Part shown: one piece after another, positions 45,354 to 55,215 of the stretch
Layout of the letters: each line of letters opens with the position of its first letter
How positions within the stretch are numbered: the first letter of the stretch is position 1
From: Bacteroidota bacterium
GTDB taxonomy: Bacteria > Bacteroidota > Bacteroidia > NORP154
DNA length: 64,000 nt
Direction: 5' to 3'
NCBI GenBank assembly: GCA_043811005.1
Contig: JBDRNO010000218.1
Location: forward strand, 6,925 to 70,924
Made by a program: the position numbers and the translations under genes
Notes under the pieces: generated by a model
Told to the model about the DNA's origin: nothing
Seen by the model: only the letters and a program-made list of their open reading frames with translations
Databases searched by the model: none

Positions 45354-47483
45354 ATGGAAGAAGAAAAAACAAAAGAAACAAAACAGGAAACAACTGAAAA
45401 TGTTGAGGTAGCTGAACAACAAAAAAACGAAAATAAAACCGTTTCCCCTTCCCAAAAAGACGATACATCCGTCAATACCCCGACTGTCACCACCGAAGAA
45501 AAAGAATTCGACTGGAGCAAACTCGATATTAAAAAGGAAAATATTTATGATCCTGAAGAAAGGGCTAAATTGGAAGCCATGTATGACGAAACACTAAAAT
45601 CAATTGTCGAGCATGAGGTAGTTGATGGGTCAGTGGTCGCAAAAAACGATAGGGAAGTTGTGGTAAATACAGGATATAAATCAGACGGTGTTATCTCTTT
45701 GTCAGAATTCAGATATAACCCTGATCTGAAAGTAGGTGATCCGGTTGAAGTATATATTGAAATTCAAGAAGACAAAAACGGACAATTAGTGCTTTCGCAC
45801 AAAAAAGCCAGAGTACTTAAGGCATGGGAAAAAGTTAATAATGCCCTTAATACCAACGAGGTTATTACAGGATTTATCAAGTGCAGAACAAAGGGGGGAT
45901 TGATCGTTGATGTGTTTGGCATTGAAGCATTCCTGCCTGGTTCTCAAATTGAGGTTAAGCCCATTCGCGATTATGATGTTTATGTTGGTAAGAAGATGGA
46001 ATTCAAAGTTGTTAAGATCAATAAAGAATACAAAAATGTTGTCGTTTCACATAAAGCGCTTATAGAAGAAGAGCTTAAAGAACAGAGAAAAGAGATCATT
46101 TCCAAGCTCGAAAAAGGTCAGGTGCTTGAAGGGACTGTTAAAAATATTACCTCTTACGGTGTTTTTATGGATCTAGGAGGTGTTGATGGATTGATTCACA
46201 TTACCGATCTTTCATGGGGCAGGATAGCACATCCTGAAGAAATTGTAGTGCTTGACCAGAAGCTAAACGTTGTAATTCTCGATTTTGACGAAAAAAAGAC
46301 GAGGATTCAGCTCGGACTAAAGCAATTGATAAAGCATCCGTGGGATTCATTAGATGAAAAGAAATTTAATGTGGAAAATAAAATCAAAGGAAAGGTGGTA
46401 GTAGTTGCTGATTATGGTGCTTTTATTGAAGTTGCCCCTGGTGTTGAGGGACTGGTTCATGTTTCTGAAATGTCGTGGTCACAGCATCTGAGAAGCGCCC
46501 AGGATTTTTTGAAAGTAGGCGATGAAGTTGAAACAATTATATTAACTTTAGATAAGGAAGATAGAAAAATGTCTCTTGGCATTAAACAGTTAGTACCTGA
46601 TCCATGGAAAGATGTTGATAAAAAGTATCCTGTAAAATCTAAACATAAAGGAATTATCCGCAACATTACCAACTATGGCATTTTTGTTGAACTGGATGAA
46701 GGTGTTGACGGTTTGATCCATATTTCAGACCTTTCATGGTCTAAAAAGATCAAACACCCATCCGAATTTGCCAATTTAGGTGATGAGATCGAAGTTGTAA
46801 TTCTAGATCTGGATATTGATGAAAGAAAGGTAAGCTTAGGTCATAAACAATTGGAAGAAAATCCATGGGATATATTTGAAACTGTATTTTTGGTTGATTC
46901 TGTACATAAGGGAACAATTACAAGTATTACTGAAAAAGGGGCTATAGTAGCTCTGCCTTATGGTGTTGAAGGGTTTGCCCCTACACGCCATCTTTTTAAA
47001 GAAGATGGTGACAAAACTCAGGTTGATGAATCCAAGGACTTTATTGTTCTGGAATTTTCTAAAAAAGCCAAGAGAATTTTAGTTTCCCATACTAATATTC
47101 ATAAAAAAGAAGATCCCGAAAAAACAATTGAAAAAACCAATATTAAAGAAAAAAGCGAAAAAGATAAAACAGGAGATATCAAGAAGAAATCAAAAGCTGT
47201 TAAAAAAGCAGTTAAAAAAGTAAGAAGTGGCTTGGAGACAAGCAGATTGGGTGATATAGAAGCATTATCTTTATTAAAATCTAAAATGGATAAAACGGAT
47301 ATGGAGGAAAAGGTTAGAGCCGAAAAGAATCTTGCTGAAAAACAGGAACGGGATGATGAAGCAGGAGAGGAAAAAACAAAAAAAACAGGAAAACCCACCC
47401 CAAAAAAAAGCATTTCTCCTGAACCTGTAGCATCAGGTACTAAAACCGAACCCAAAAAAAAATCATCATCCAAAAAAAAATAA
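45354..47483 (+). CDS. rpsA: 30S ribosomal protein S1 with acidic N-terminal and Lys-rich C-terminal extensions
   Basis: 709 aa; six S1 (OB-fold) repeats (e.g. G.V..G.V..I..YGVFMDLGGVDGLIHI.DLSW). About 55 extra N-terminal and about 110 extra C-terminal residues. Confidence 0.9.
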   Translation: MEEEKTKETKQETTENVEVAEQQKNENKTVSPSQKDDTSVNTPTVTTEEKEFDWSKLDIKKENIYDPEERAKLEAMYDETLKSIVEHEVVDGSVVAKNDREVVVNTGYKSDGVISLSEFRYNPDLKVGDPVEVYIEIQEDKNGQLVLSHKKARVLKAWEKVNNALNTNEVITGFIKCRTKGGLIVDVFGIEAFLPGSQIEVKPIRDYDVYVGKKMEFKVVKINKEYKNVVVSHKALIEEELKEQRKEIISKLEKGQVLEGTVKNITSYGVFMDLGGVDGLIHITDLSWGRIAHPEEIVVLDQKLNVVILDFDEKKTRIQLGLKQLIKHPWDSLDEKKFNVENKIKGKVVVVADYGAFIEVAPGVEGLVHVSEMSWSQHLRSAQDFLKVGDEVETIILTLDKEDRKMSLGIKQLVPDPWKDVDKKYPVKSKHKGIIRNITNYGIFVELDEGVDGLIHISDLSWSKKIKHPSEFANLGDEIEVVILDLDIDERKVSLGHKQLEENPWDIFETVFLVDSVHKGTITSITEKGAIVALPYGVEGFAPTRHLFKEDGDKTQVDESKDFIVLEFSKKAKRILVSHTNIHKKEDPEKTIEKTNIKEKSEKDKTGDIKKKSKAVKKAVKKVRSGLETSRLGDIEALSLLKSKMDKTDMEEKVRAEKNLAEKQERDDEAGEEKTKKTGKPTPKKSISPEPVASGTKTEPKKKSSSKKK

Positions 47484-47557
47484 CTAGTATCTTGTATGTC
47501 TAAATACCGGAATTCAATAGTTAAAAACAAGTTTAATAATAGAATCATAAGTGCTTT

Positions 47558-47591
47558 ACCCCGTATATTATCAAAGTGCGGGGTTTTTTTT
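47558..47591 (+). terminator. Probable rho-independent terminator of rpsA
   Basis: accccg..(loop)..cggggt stem followed by 8 T. Confidence 0.6.
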
Positions 47592-47604
47592 GTCTTGAAA
47601 TGAG

Positions 47605-48159
47605 ATGAAACCAAGAATTATCTTAAATAGCAAACACTTTGAGCTGACCATCAACAGGTTATGTTATCAATTAATTGAAAATCACAATGACTTTAGTGAT
47701 TCTGCACTTATTGGTTTGCAGCCCAGGGGTATATACCTGGCACAGAGAATCCACGATGAATTATCTGTAATTCTTTCCACCTCCAGCAAAAAAAATATCG
47801 AAATTCTTCACGGAAATATTGATGTTACCTTTTTTAGGGACGATTTCAGGAGAAGGGAATATCCAATTACTCCGAAATCAACACGGATGGATTTTGTTGT
47901 GGAAAACAAAAATGTGATACTCGTTGATGATGTGCTTTATACAGGACGTACTGTCAGGGCAGGCATGGAAGAAATATTGACTTACGGCAGGCCAAAACAA
48001 ATTGAACTTCTGGTGTTTATTGACAGGAGATTCAGCCGGCATTTGCCCATAGAGCCCAATTACGTTGGCAGTTCAGTTGATACCATTACTTCTGAAAGAG
48101 TAAAAGTTGAATGGAAAGAAATGGAAGGGGGAGATAAGGTTTATTTATATACACCATAG
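47605..48159 (+). CDS. pyrR: Bifunctional pyrimidine operon regulator / uracil phosphoribosyltransferase
   Basis: 184 aa; PRPP motif VILVDDVLYTGRTVRA; LIGLQPRGIYLA. Confidence 0.85.
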   Translation: MKPRIILNSKHFELTINRLCYQLIENHNDFSDSALIGLQPRGIYLAQRIHDELSVILSTSSKKNIEILHGNIDVTFFRDDFRRREYPITPKSTRMDFVVENKNVILVDDVLYTGRTVRAGMEEILTYGRPKQIELLVFIDRRFSRHLPIEPNYVGSSVDTITSERVKVEWKEMEGGDKVYLYTP

Positions 48160-48181
48160 GCTCTTAAAAATTCGTTATTGA

Positions 48182-48269
48182 TCCGCCAGCTGGCGGATGG
48201 ATAATTTTGTTGATATTAACAGACAATTGGCAGTTGGCAATTTGTTCTTTTTGCCAACTGTCAACTGCC
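48182..48269. repeat. Palindrome tccgccagctggcgga plus TGCCAAC-word hairpin element (reverse orientation)
   Basis: Reverse complement reads ggcagttgacagttggcaaaaagaacaaattgccaactgcc..ttaatatcaacaaaattatcca-tccgccagctggcgga, the same layout as 30681-30793. Confidence 0.75.
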
Positions 48270-48451
48270 GATTTGCATCAAAATTGCAAAAACTCATTTT
48301 TCCCGCTAAAAGCGGTCTTTATTTAAAATTGAATTTTAAATAAACGTAGTACCTAATCCGTAAAATCTTGACGCAATTCAAAATATTTTATTTGTTTAAC
48401 AGTCTAAGCCAATGATATAATAGCATTAAGACAAAAAACAAAAAGAAATAA

Positions 48452-49381
48452 ATGCAAAGCAACCTTAGTGTTAACCACCTGTTGGGTATAAAATATCTTA
48501 CTGTAGATGACATTAATTTGATCCTGCAGTTAGCTGATAATTTTAAAGAAGTTATCAACCGCCCCATTAAGAAAGTGCCTTCTCTTAGAGATATTACTGT
48601 AGCCAACCTCTTTTTCGAAAACTCTACCCGGACCAGGTTGTCCTTTGAATTGGCTGAGAAGCGTCTTTCTGCTGATGTGATTAATTTTTCTGCATCTTCC
48701 TCATCATTAAAGAAAGGGGAAACACTGATTGATACTGTAAATAATATCCTCGCAATGAAAGTGGATATGATCGTCATGCGACACCCTAATCCCGGTTCCT
48801 GTATTTTTTTGTCAAAACATATTGATGCCAAAATTATAAATGCCGGTGACGGAGCACATGAACACCCGACCCAGGCATTGCTGGATGCCTATTCCATTAG
48901 AAAAAAACACGGCTCTGTTAAGGGAAAAAAGGTAGTTATTGTTGGAGATATATTACATTCAAGAGTTGCCTTATCCAATATTTTTTGCCTGCAAAAGTTA
49001 GGAGCAGAGGTAATGGTATGCGGTCCAACAACCCTTATGCCTAAATATATCAGTTCCTTAGGCGTTAAGGTTGAGTATAATTTACGAAAAGCCCTTGAGT
49101 GGTGTGATATTGCAAATATTTTAAGAATTCAGCTCGAACGGCAGGAGATCAAATATGTCCCTTCTTTAAGGGAATATACAATGCTGTATGGAGTGAACAG
49201 AGAGCTGCTGGATTCATTAAAAAAGGAGATAACCATAATGCACCCAGGACCTATCAACAGGGGAGTAGAAATTACAAGTGATGTAGCTGATTCAAAACAA
49301 TCAATCATCCTGGAGCAGGTCGAGAATGGTGTTGCCGTTAGAATGGCTGTGCTTTATTTGTTGGCGGGGAAGATTAAATGA
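48452..49381 (+). CDS. pyrB: Aspartate carbamoyltransferase catalytic subunit
   Basis: 309 aa; STRTRLSFE, HEHPTQALLD, HSRV, MHPGPINRG. Confidence 0.9.
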   Translation: MQSNLSVNHLLGIKYLTVDDINLILQLADNFKEVINRPIKKVPSLRDITVANLFFENSTRTRLSFELAEKRLSADVINFSASSSSLKKGETLIDTVNNILAMKVDMIVMRHPNPGSCIFLSKHIDAKIINAGDGAHEHPTQALLDAYSIRKKHGSVKGKKVVIVGDILHSRVALSNIFCLQKLGAEVMVCGPTTLMPKYISSLGVKVEYNLRKALEWCDIANILRIQLERQEIKYVPSLREYTMLYGVNRELLDSLKKEITIMHPGPINRGVEITSDVADSKQSIILEQVENGVAVRMAVLYLLAGKIK

Positions 49382-49487
49382 ATTCAGAACTCACTCCTGG
49401 CTCAAAAATAGCGCCAGTAAAGTATCTTTAGTTTAAGTAAAATTTGGAATAGTAAAATTTATCAAGGATTGATCAGGAGTACTGAAT

Positions 49488-51569
49488 TCATTCCTCCTCC
49501 GCATCTTCCATAGCATCTTCAATTTTCGCCTTTTCCTTTATTATATCAATATCAAGCGTCCCAACAACTTTTAATTCGGTTCTCCTGTTTAACTGCCTGC
49601 CTTCGGGATTATCGGAGCCATCTGGGTTTGTGTTGAGTGCTATGGGCTGGGATTCACCGTAGCCCTTTGCGATAAGACGTTTTTTACTGATCCCTTCCTT
49701 TCTTAGAAATTTCACCACACTCTCGGCTCTTCTTTGTGATAGCTTTTCATTATAGAGATCATCACCCTTACTATCGGTATGAGCGCTGAGCTCAACAATT
49801 ATTTCCGGGTTTTCATTTAAGATAGAAACCAGCAAATCAAGAGTTTTATCTGATGCCGGGCGGAGTGTTGCCTTATCAAAATCATAATAAATATCTTTTA
49901 AAACAATGGCTTTGTTCAATTCCAGTTTTTTTAACGGTAACTTTACGTGAAGAGTATCGGATTCCTCGAGGTCAAGAGTGCTTACCATTGCGCTATTGGA
50001 AAAGTACCCACTTTTTGCAGCACTTATTTTATATAACTTATTTTGATTTAATGTAAAAAAGAAAAGTAAATCCTTAACTGTTGTTACTTCATCTATAAGT
50101 ACTTCTTCCCAGCCTTTATCAATCAAATTCAGTTTGATTTTAACCTCTTCCAGTATAGTTTGTGTTGAATCATCTGCATCATAAGCAAAGCCATCAACAG
50201 CAAAATTAAGCACTTTGTGCCAATCGAACCTGAAGATGTCATCACAGCATGTTTCACTTTTCAGGGCAATAACACCCGGTCTGTTAGAAACAAAGTACCC
50301 TCCTTTTCTGTCGGAAACAAAATACATGTCATCTACACGGGAATTCAAGGGGTATCCAATATTTTGCGGATCTGACCATTTACGCAGATTACCTTCAGTC
50401 ATAAAAACATCATAACCGCCTATGCCTGGATGCCCGTTGGAACTAAAGTATAAAATATTGGTTTTGCTATCAAAATAGGGCGTTAATTCATCATTCAGCG
50501 TATTTATCTTTTTCCCTAAATTTTTTGGTGTTTTACGAACGGCAAAATCTCCTTGCTTTGAAGTTATAACATACCATAAATCCAGTCCTCCTATGCTGCC
50601 GGGCATGTCTGATGCAAAATATAGAATATGTGCCCCTTTTTTATAAGGGGCAACTGTTGGGTGTGTGCTGGTAAATCCCGGCATATTGATCAATTCATCC
50701 AGCTTTACCGGATTTTCCCAATTCCCGTTTTCGTAATCGCTCTGGTAGATTGAACATAATAATTTACCCTCATCATTTTCTTCACAACGGGTAAAAAAGA
50801 ATTTTTTAAGGTCCGGTGAAAAAGCACCGTTGGCAACATCAGCATTTGAAACATTTACTATTTCAGGCAGCAATTCTCCTGTATTCCATTTTCCGTTATC
50901 TTTCTTCGATTGGTAGAGGCGGAATTTAGCGCCTTTATATACTCCATCCTCTGCAATAATAATAGTATCGGTCCTTAAAGAAGCGTACAATAACAAACTG
51001 TCACCTACTGGAAAAGGAGCTGCTTCTGTATATGCTGCATTTACGGCTTTCCCAAGATGTTCAATTTTAACCTCAAGGGGTTTTTTGATAGCTTCAATTG
51101 CATAATCGCACCCTTTTATTTCATTATCCGCAAGTATTTTATGATTTTTTGAATTTTCCCCGCGATATGAATTCTTAAATTTTTCAAATTCTAATTTGGC
51201 TGCTTTATAATCACCATTCATTTTTAATGTAAGGGCATATTTATATTGTGAAAAAGGATATTGCACAAGGTTTTGTAACTTTACCTGTTCATAATGCATC
51301 TCCGCATTCTTGTAATCACGGGAGTTGTAATATGATTCCGCAAGTTTATATGCAACATCCACGTCATCGGTTTCATCAAGCACTTCCTGATAATAATGAG
51401 CAGCATCGTAGTAATATCCTTCACCGTAAAATTTATCAGCCAATTTTAGTTTGCTTTTCCACGTTAAGCCACCTTCACTGCCCAATCTACTCATCTGGCA
51501 ACCCCAGAAAGAGGTGAAGATCAATACAAGTACTAAAATAGCAAGAATGTTATGTGTCGTCTGTTTCAA
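49488..51569 (-). CDS. OmpA-family protein with TPR and beta-propeller-like regions
   Basis: 693 aa; signal peptide; TPR-like YY..A..YY repeats; C-terminal OmpA domain ..FDKATLRP...AHTDSKGDDLYNEKLSQRRA...NRRTELKV. Confidence 0.8.
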   Translation of the reverse strand: MKQTTHNILAILVLVLIFTSFWGCQMSRLGSEGGLTWKSKLKLADKFYGEGYYYDAAHYYQEVLDETDDVDVAYKLAESYYNSRDYKNAEMHYEQVKLQNLVQYPFSQYKYALTLKMNGDYKAAKLEFEKFKNSYRGENSKNHKILADNEIKGCDYAIEAIKKPLEVKIEHLGKAVNAAYTEAAPFPVGDSLLLYASLRTDTIIIAEDGVYKGAKFRLYQSKKDNGKWNTGELLPEIVNVSNADVANGAFSPDLKKFFFTRCEENDEGKLLCSIYQSDYENGNWENPVKLDELINMPGFTSTHPTVAPYKKGAHILYFASDMPGSIGGLDLWYVITSKQGDFAVRKTPKNLGKKINTLNDELTPYFDSKTNILYFSSNGHPGIGGYDVFMTEGNLRKWSDPQNIGYPLNSRVDDMYFVSDRKGGYFVSNRPGVIALKSETCCDDIFRFDWHKVLNFAVDGFAYDADDSTQTILEEVKIKLNLIDKGWEEVLIDEVTTVKDLLFFFTLNQNKLYKISAAKSGYFSNSAMVSTLDLEESDTLHVKLPLKKLELNKAIVLKDIYYDFDKATLRPASDKTLDLLVSILNENPEIIVELSAHTDSKGDDLYNEKLSQRRAESVVKFLRKEGISKKRLIAKGYGESQPIALNTNPDGSDNPEGRQLNRRTELKVVGTLDIDIIKEKAKIEDAMEDAEEE

Positions 51570-51610
51570 CTGAAAAAAGTTATATGTTCATAATTCCTGA
51601 TTACATATCA

Positions 51611-51645
51611 CCAATTGCCAACTGCTTACTGCCAACTGCCTACTG
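51611..51645. repeat. 5 heptamers CYWAYTG (TGCCAAC-word family)
   Basis: ccaattg ccaactg cttactg ccaactg cctactg. Confidence 0.75.
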
Positions 51646-51648
51646 TTT

Positions 51649-52671
51649 TTAAAGTCTCTTACACGGTACTGACGTTTTTATGCCAAGCTTGGGATTGGCG
51701 TTAAAAAGATAAATCAAAGAAAACTCAAAAGCTCCCTTGCCATTGCTTGCTGCTCTCAATGATGAGACATTGATATCATAACTAAAAGCGAATTTATAAT
51801 TATTGTATACTATTCCAGGTACGAGAATAATTGCATCCGAGACCCTGTACCATGCACCAAAAACAAGTGAAACATTTAATACCGGTGATTTTTTCAAATT
51901 ATAAAGCGCATTTGATCCGATAAGAAATTCCTTATCTTTTGTTTGCCCTGCAAAAAGAAATTCAGGCAAAAGAGTGGTCTTTTCATTAAGGTCATATATT
52001 GCACCAGCGTTAAATAAGCATCTCATGTTCAAACTATTATTATCTGCCTCATAAAAACTTTCATTTGGAGTTGTAAGATTAAAAAGTGATAATCCGGAAA
52101 ATATTTTAAGTCTTTCATCATATAAATAATTCCATAACCCACCTATATGAATATTTGGATACAAAAAGGAATTGGAAGAATAAATTTCGCCACTTTCCAG
52201 TTCAGGTTTATAAAAGACACTTTCATATTGATTATGAAAACGTAAATCATCATAATTCACACTTTTCTGAACAATCCCCGCTTCAATCCCCAAGCTCACA
52301 AGATGGCGGGCATCTGCTCCTATTCTTTTGTGATATGCAAAAGAAGCAGTCGCGGTTTGAGTCGTCAGTTCTGCTATGCCTGATTTATCAGAATACAAAA
52401 CAAGTCCAACACCTAAAAAGTCATCCTTAATTATTTCCTTGTTAATTTTCCTGTCAAAAAAACCTGAGTAAGTTACATAAGGTACGGTAAAGCTGGACCA
52501 TTGATTCCTGTAAATCAATCCAACGCGGTAATCACCATCGAAATGACCTGTCATTGCAGGATTTAACAGCAATGGTGATGCGTAGTATTGGGAGAAGTGG
52601 ATATCTTGACCATAAACTTTTAGGAAAATAAATAAAGTAAACAAAATTATGTTTAATATATATTTCATCAT
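51649..52671 (-). CDS. PorP/SprF-family T9SS membrane protein
   Basis: 340 aa; N-terminal QDIHFSQYYASPLLLNPAMTG signature; C-terminal ..GAFEFSLIY. Confidence 0.85.
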   Translation of the reverse strand: MMKYILNIILFTLFIFLKVYGQDIHFSQYYASPLLLNPAMTGHFDGDYRVGLIYRNQWSSFTVPYVTYSGFFDRKINKEIIKDDFLGVGLVLYSDKSGIAELTTQTATASFAYHKRIGADARHLVSLGIEAGIVQKSVNYDDLRFHNQYESVFYKPELESGEIYSSNSFLYPNIHIGGLWNYLYDERLKIFSGLSLFNLTTPNESFYEADNNSLNMRCLFNAGAIYDLNEKTTLLPEFLFAGQTKDKEFLIGSNALYNLKKSPVLNVSLVFGAWYRVSDAIILVPGIVYNNYKFAFSYDINVSSLRAASNGKGAFEFSLIYLFNANPKLGIKTSVPCKRL

Positions 52672-52696
52672 GCGTTTAGTGTTTCCTGTTTCCTGT

Positions 52697-53110
52697 TTAG
52701 TGTTTTTTTTTGATTTTTTCCTGTTTGTACTTTTGGCCCCTGATGTCAGTAGAATTAAGATAATCTATAAGCCCTTTTATCATTTTGCCTATATCATCAG
52801 CAAGAGTATAAAGTTCATTAAATTTTGCTTTTGTAATGTATTCTTGGTCTAATATTCTGTATAGTTGTGAACGTAATTCACCTGATGAACCTTTTGCATA
52901 ACCTAAGAATTGTATAAATTCACCATTCCCACCTCTTTCAAAACCCTCTGCAATATTGTCCATAATAGATCCGCTGGAATCTGTCATTTGATCTTTCAGC
53001 TTAAAATCTTTAGACAGACCTCCTGTTTTGGTAATTTCATAAACTTTTTTAGACAATTCTCTTGCCTTTTGCCAAGCGATTATGTCTTCAAATCTCTCAA
53101 TTGTAGCCAT
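52697..53110 (-). CDS. Four-helix-bundle protein (23S rRNA intervening-sequence protein family)
   Basis: FEDIIAWQKARELSKKVYEIT..., DQMTDSSGSIMDNIAEGFERG..EFIQFLGYAKGSSGELRSQL. Start set to MATIERF (53110). Confidence 0.8.
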   Translation of the reverse strand: MATIERFEDIIAWQKARELSKKVYEITKTGGLSKDFKLKDQMTDSSGSIMDNIAEGFERGGNGEFIQFLGYAKGSSGELRSQLYRILDQEYITKAKFNELYTLADDIGKMIKGLIDYLNSTDIRGQKYKQEKIKKKH

Positions 53111-53183
53111 TTTTTTATTAATACCCCATATTAAAAAAATCAACTCTAAACAGACAACTCTAAACCCTGAATAAAAAAACTAA

Positions 53184-55139
53184 TCATCTCAGTAAAATAA
53201 CTTCCCCATTCCCATCCTGAGTTTTTCCGCTTAATGTCTCTTCAACAATATAATAATAAACATATTTCCCAATTTCCTGCGGTTCTCCCTTGAAAGTTCC
53301 ATCCCATCCCCCGGTCAGATCCTGTGTTTCAAACACTACCTGTCCCCAGCGGTTAAATATCTTAAATTCAATTAATTTGTTAAAACCAACAGTTAAAAGA
53401 TAAAGAACATCATTCTCTCCATCATTATTAGGGGTAAAAGCATTGGGTACAGCCACCAAAGGATCAACAACATGAACAGTCACGGAATCCTTATTCCTGC
53501 ATCCATCTGAGGAGGTTCCGGTTACGATAAAATCAGTTGTTTCAAGAGGGGTAGCAACCGGGTAGGGAATTGTATCATTATCAAGAACATCGGCTGGATA
53601 CCACTCATAACCGGCTGCACCAACAGCGAATAATTGAACACTTTCGCCCAGGGTAATATAGATATCTTCTATTCCTGCATTAGCTATTATTACCGGTAAA
53701 GGATAAAATGTAACTGAACGCATGGCAGTGTCTTTACATCCTTCATCAGTGGTAACGATCAATCTAACTTGACAATTCAAAGTATCACTATAGATGTGTT
53801 GGGGATCCTGTATGTTATCTGTTTCCCCATCTTTAAAATCCCATTCCCACGCAACAATCTGTCCGCTCAGACTATCGGAAAATGAATTATCAAAAAAACC
53901 CACCGTATCAAACACACAAACTTTATCGTATTGGATCCTTGCTTCCAAAGCCGGTGGAAGAGGAAGATCAATCATTACAGTATCAGCACATTCAAATTCC
54001 ATATTTACGATCAAAGTAATAGTATATGTAGTATCAAGGGCTGGAAAAACATAAGTTGGATTTTCTTCTGAGCTAGTATCTGTGTCAATAGTGTCTATAC
54101 CAAAATCCCAGAAATATGTTTCCGGCTTAAACCCGGTATATGTAAAATTAACGATCCTTGGATCGCAGTGGTCGGGTTCGGCAATAAAATCCGGATATGC
54201 GTCTTCAATGCATGGGGCGACATAAAACTGAAAATCCCTTTTATTGGTGGATAATAATACTCCATTCCTGTATTCCGACACACATACTGCAAAAACATAC
54301 ACTCCCTCTTTTTCAGGAGTCCCTGTCAACAAACCGGTTTGAGAATCAATTTTAAATGAATCAACAGGGGCATATATCGGATACGAGCCGCTATAAGGAG
54401 GATTAGTAATGTAAGGAACAGTATAAAGATATGATGGCGGTAAAGCAGGATTGGGAGCTGCCCCCCATGATGAAAAGTTGAATTCATCTGCATCGCATAG
54501 TTCATACACCAATGAATCTCCATCAGGGTCAGTGGCTGAATGGTCGTAAACAAATTCTGCATCCAGGCAAATGATAGTTGGGGGAAGCGTATTAAAATAT
54601 GGTGAGCTATTACACCCTGCCGTAGCTGTGTCAGGTATATTGATATACCAACCGGCTCCAACATCAGGTTGATCGGGACAAGGGGGTAATACAATGTTTT
54701 CTATATCCCATGTTCTGCAACAACGTTGGTAAGTAAAACTAAAACCCCCGGGCGAAAATGGTAAAAATGCCTTTGCTGTAAAGACTCCTTCCTCAATACA
54801 AATATCAGGAGGAGCAAATAAACAAACATTATAAGTATTGTTTTCCAATGTATCTGTTGGAGGTAAAAACATATTGAAGTTTTTAACCTGGTTCTCTGAC
54901 ATATCATATATTGTAACATATATCACCGAATCGAAATCAGCAATTGGCTGCGGAGAAGCACAGCCCCAATGAAAGCCCATACATTCCCTGTATAGCTTGA
55001 CAGTAAATTGATAATAATTGGTATTGGGGTCTAAACACTTGTATATAAGTTCACCGCCAACAATGTGGGTTGATTGTGCTGGATTATATAGCGTAAAACA
55101 CAATACAAATACTAATAAAAAACGGAATAATAATCCCAT
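53184..55139 (-). CDS. T9SS type B (gliding-motility-associated) C-terminal sorting domain surface protein with PKD-like domains
   Basis: C-terminus PNAFTPNNDGENDVLYL...FKIFNRWGQVVFE...GWDGTFKG...GKYVYYY. Start set to MGLLFRFLLVFVL (signal peptide) so it does not overlap the upstream porP/sprF-like gene. Confidence 0.8.
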   Translation of the reverse strand: MGLLFRFLLVFVLCFTLYNPAQSTHIVGGELIYKCLDPNTNYYQFTVKLYRECMGFHWGCASPQPIADFDSVIYVTIYDMSENQVKNFNMFLPPTDTLENNTYNVCLFAPPDICIEEGVFTAKAFLPFSPGGFSFTYQRCCRTWDIENIVLPPCPDQPDVGAGWYINIPDTATAGCNSSPYFNTLPPTIICLDAEFVYDHSATDPDGDSLVYELCDADEFNFSSWGAAPNPALPPSYLYTVPYITNPPYSGSYPIYAPVDSFKIDSQTGLLTGTPEKEGVYVFAVCVSEYRNGVLLSTNKRDFQFYVAPCIEDAYPDFIAEPDHCDPRIVNFTYTGFKPETYFWDFGIDTIDTDTSSEENPTYVFPALDTTYTITLIVNMEFECADTVMIDLPLPPALEARIQYDKVCVFDTVGFFDNSFSDSLSGQIVAWEWDFKDGETDNIQDPQHIYSDTLNCQVRLIVTTDEGCKDTAMRSVTFYPLPVIIANAGIEDIYITLGESVQLFAVGAAGYEWYPADVLDNDTIPYPVATPLETTDFIVTGTSSDGCRNKDSVTVHVVDPLVAVPNAFTPNNDGENDVLYLLTVGFNKLIEFKIFNRWGQVVFETQDLTGGWDGTFKGEPQEIGKYVYYYIVEETLSGKTQDGNGEVILLR

Positions 55140-55143
55140 TGTA

Positions 55144-55178
55144 TTGATTTTTGATATTAGATATTGGATATTAGATCT
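55144..55178. repeat. 5 heptamers TNGATNT
   Basis: ttgattt ttgatat tagatat tggatat tagatct. Same word family as 40598-40632 and 44848-44875. Confidence 0.7.
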
Positions 55179-55215
55179 TGTTTTCATTTGAAATCTATAA
55201 TATAAAGCAAAGAGC

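Noticed and set aside
48160-48451. PyrR-dependent attenuator between pyrR and pyrB
   Set aside because: I found no match to the Bacillus-type PyrR binding loop (..CCAGAGAGG..). There is only a weak 5-bp hairpin (48302-48325) and members of the repeat families.
52697-53110. Four-helix-bundle protein as the Avd accessory gene of a diversity-generating retroelement
   Set aside because: No reverse transcriptase and no template/variable repeat pair anywhere in the window. This family is commonly found as isolated genes.
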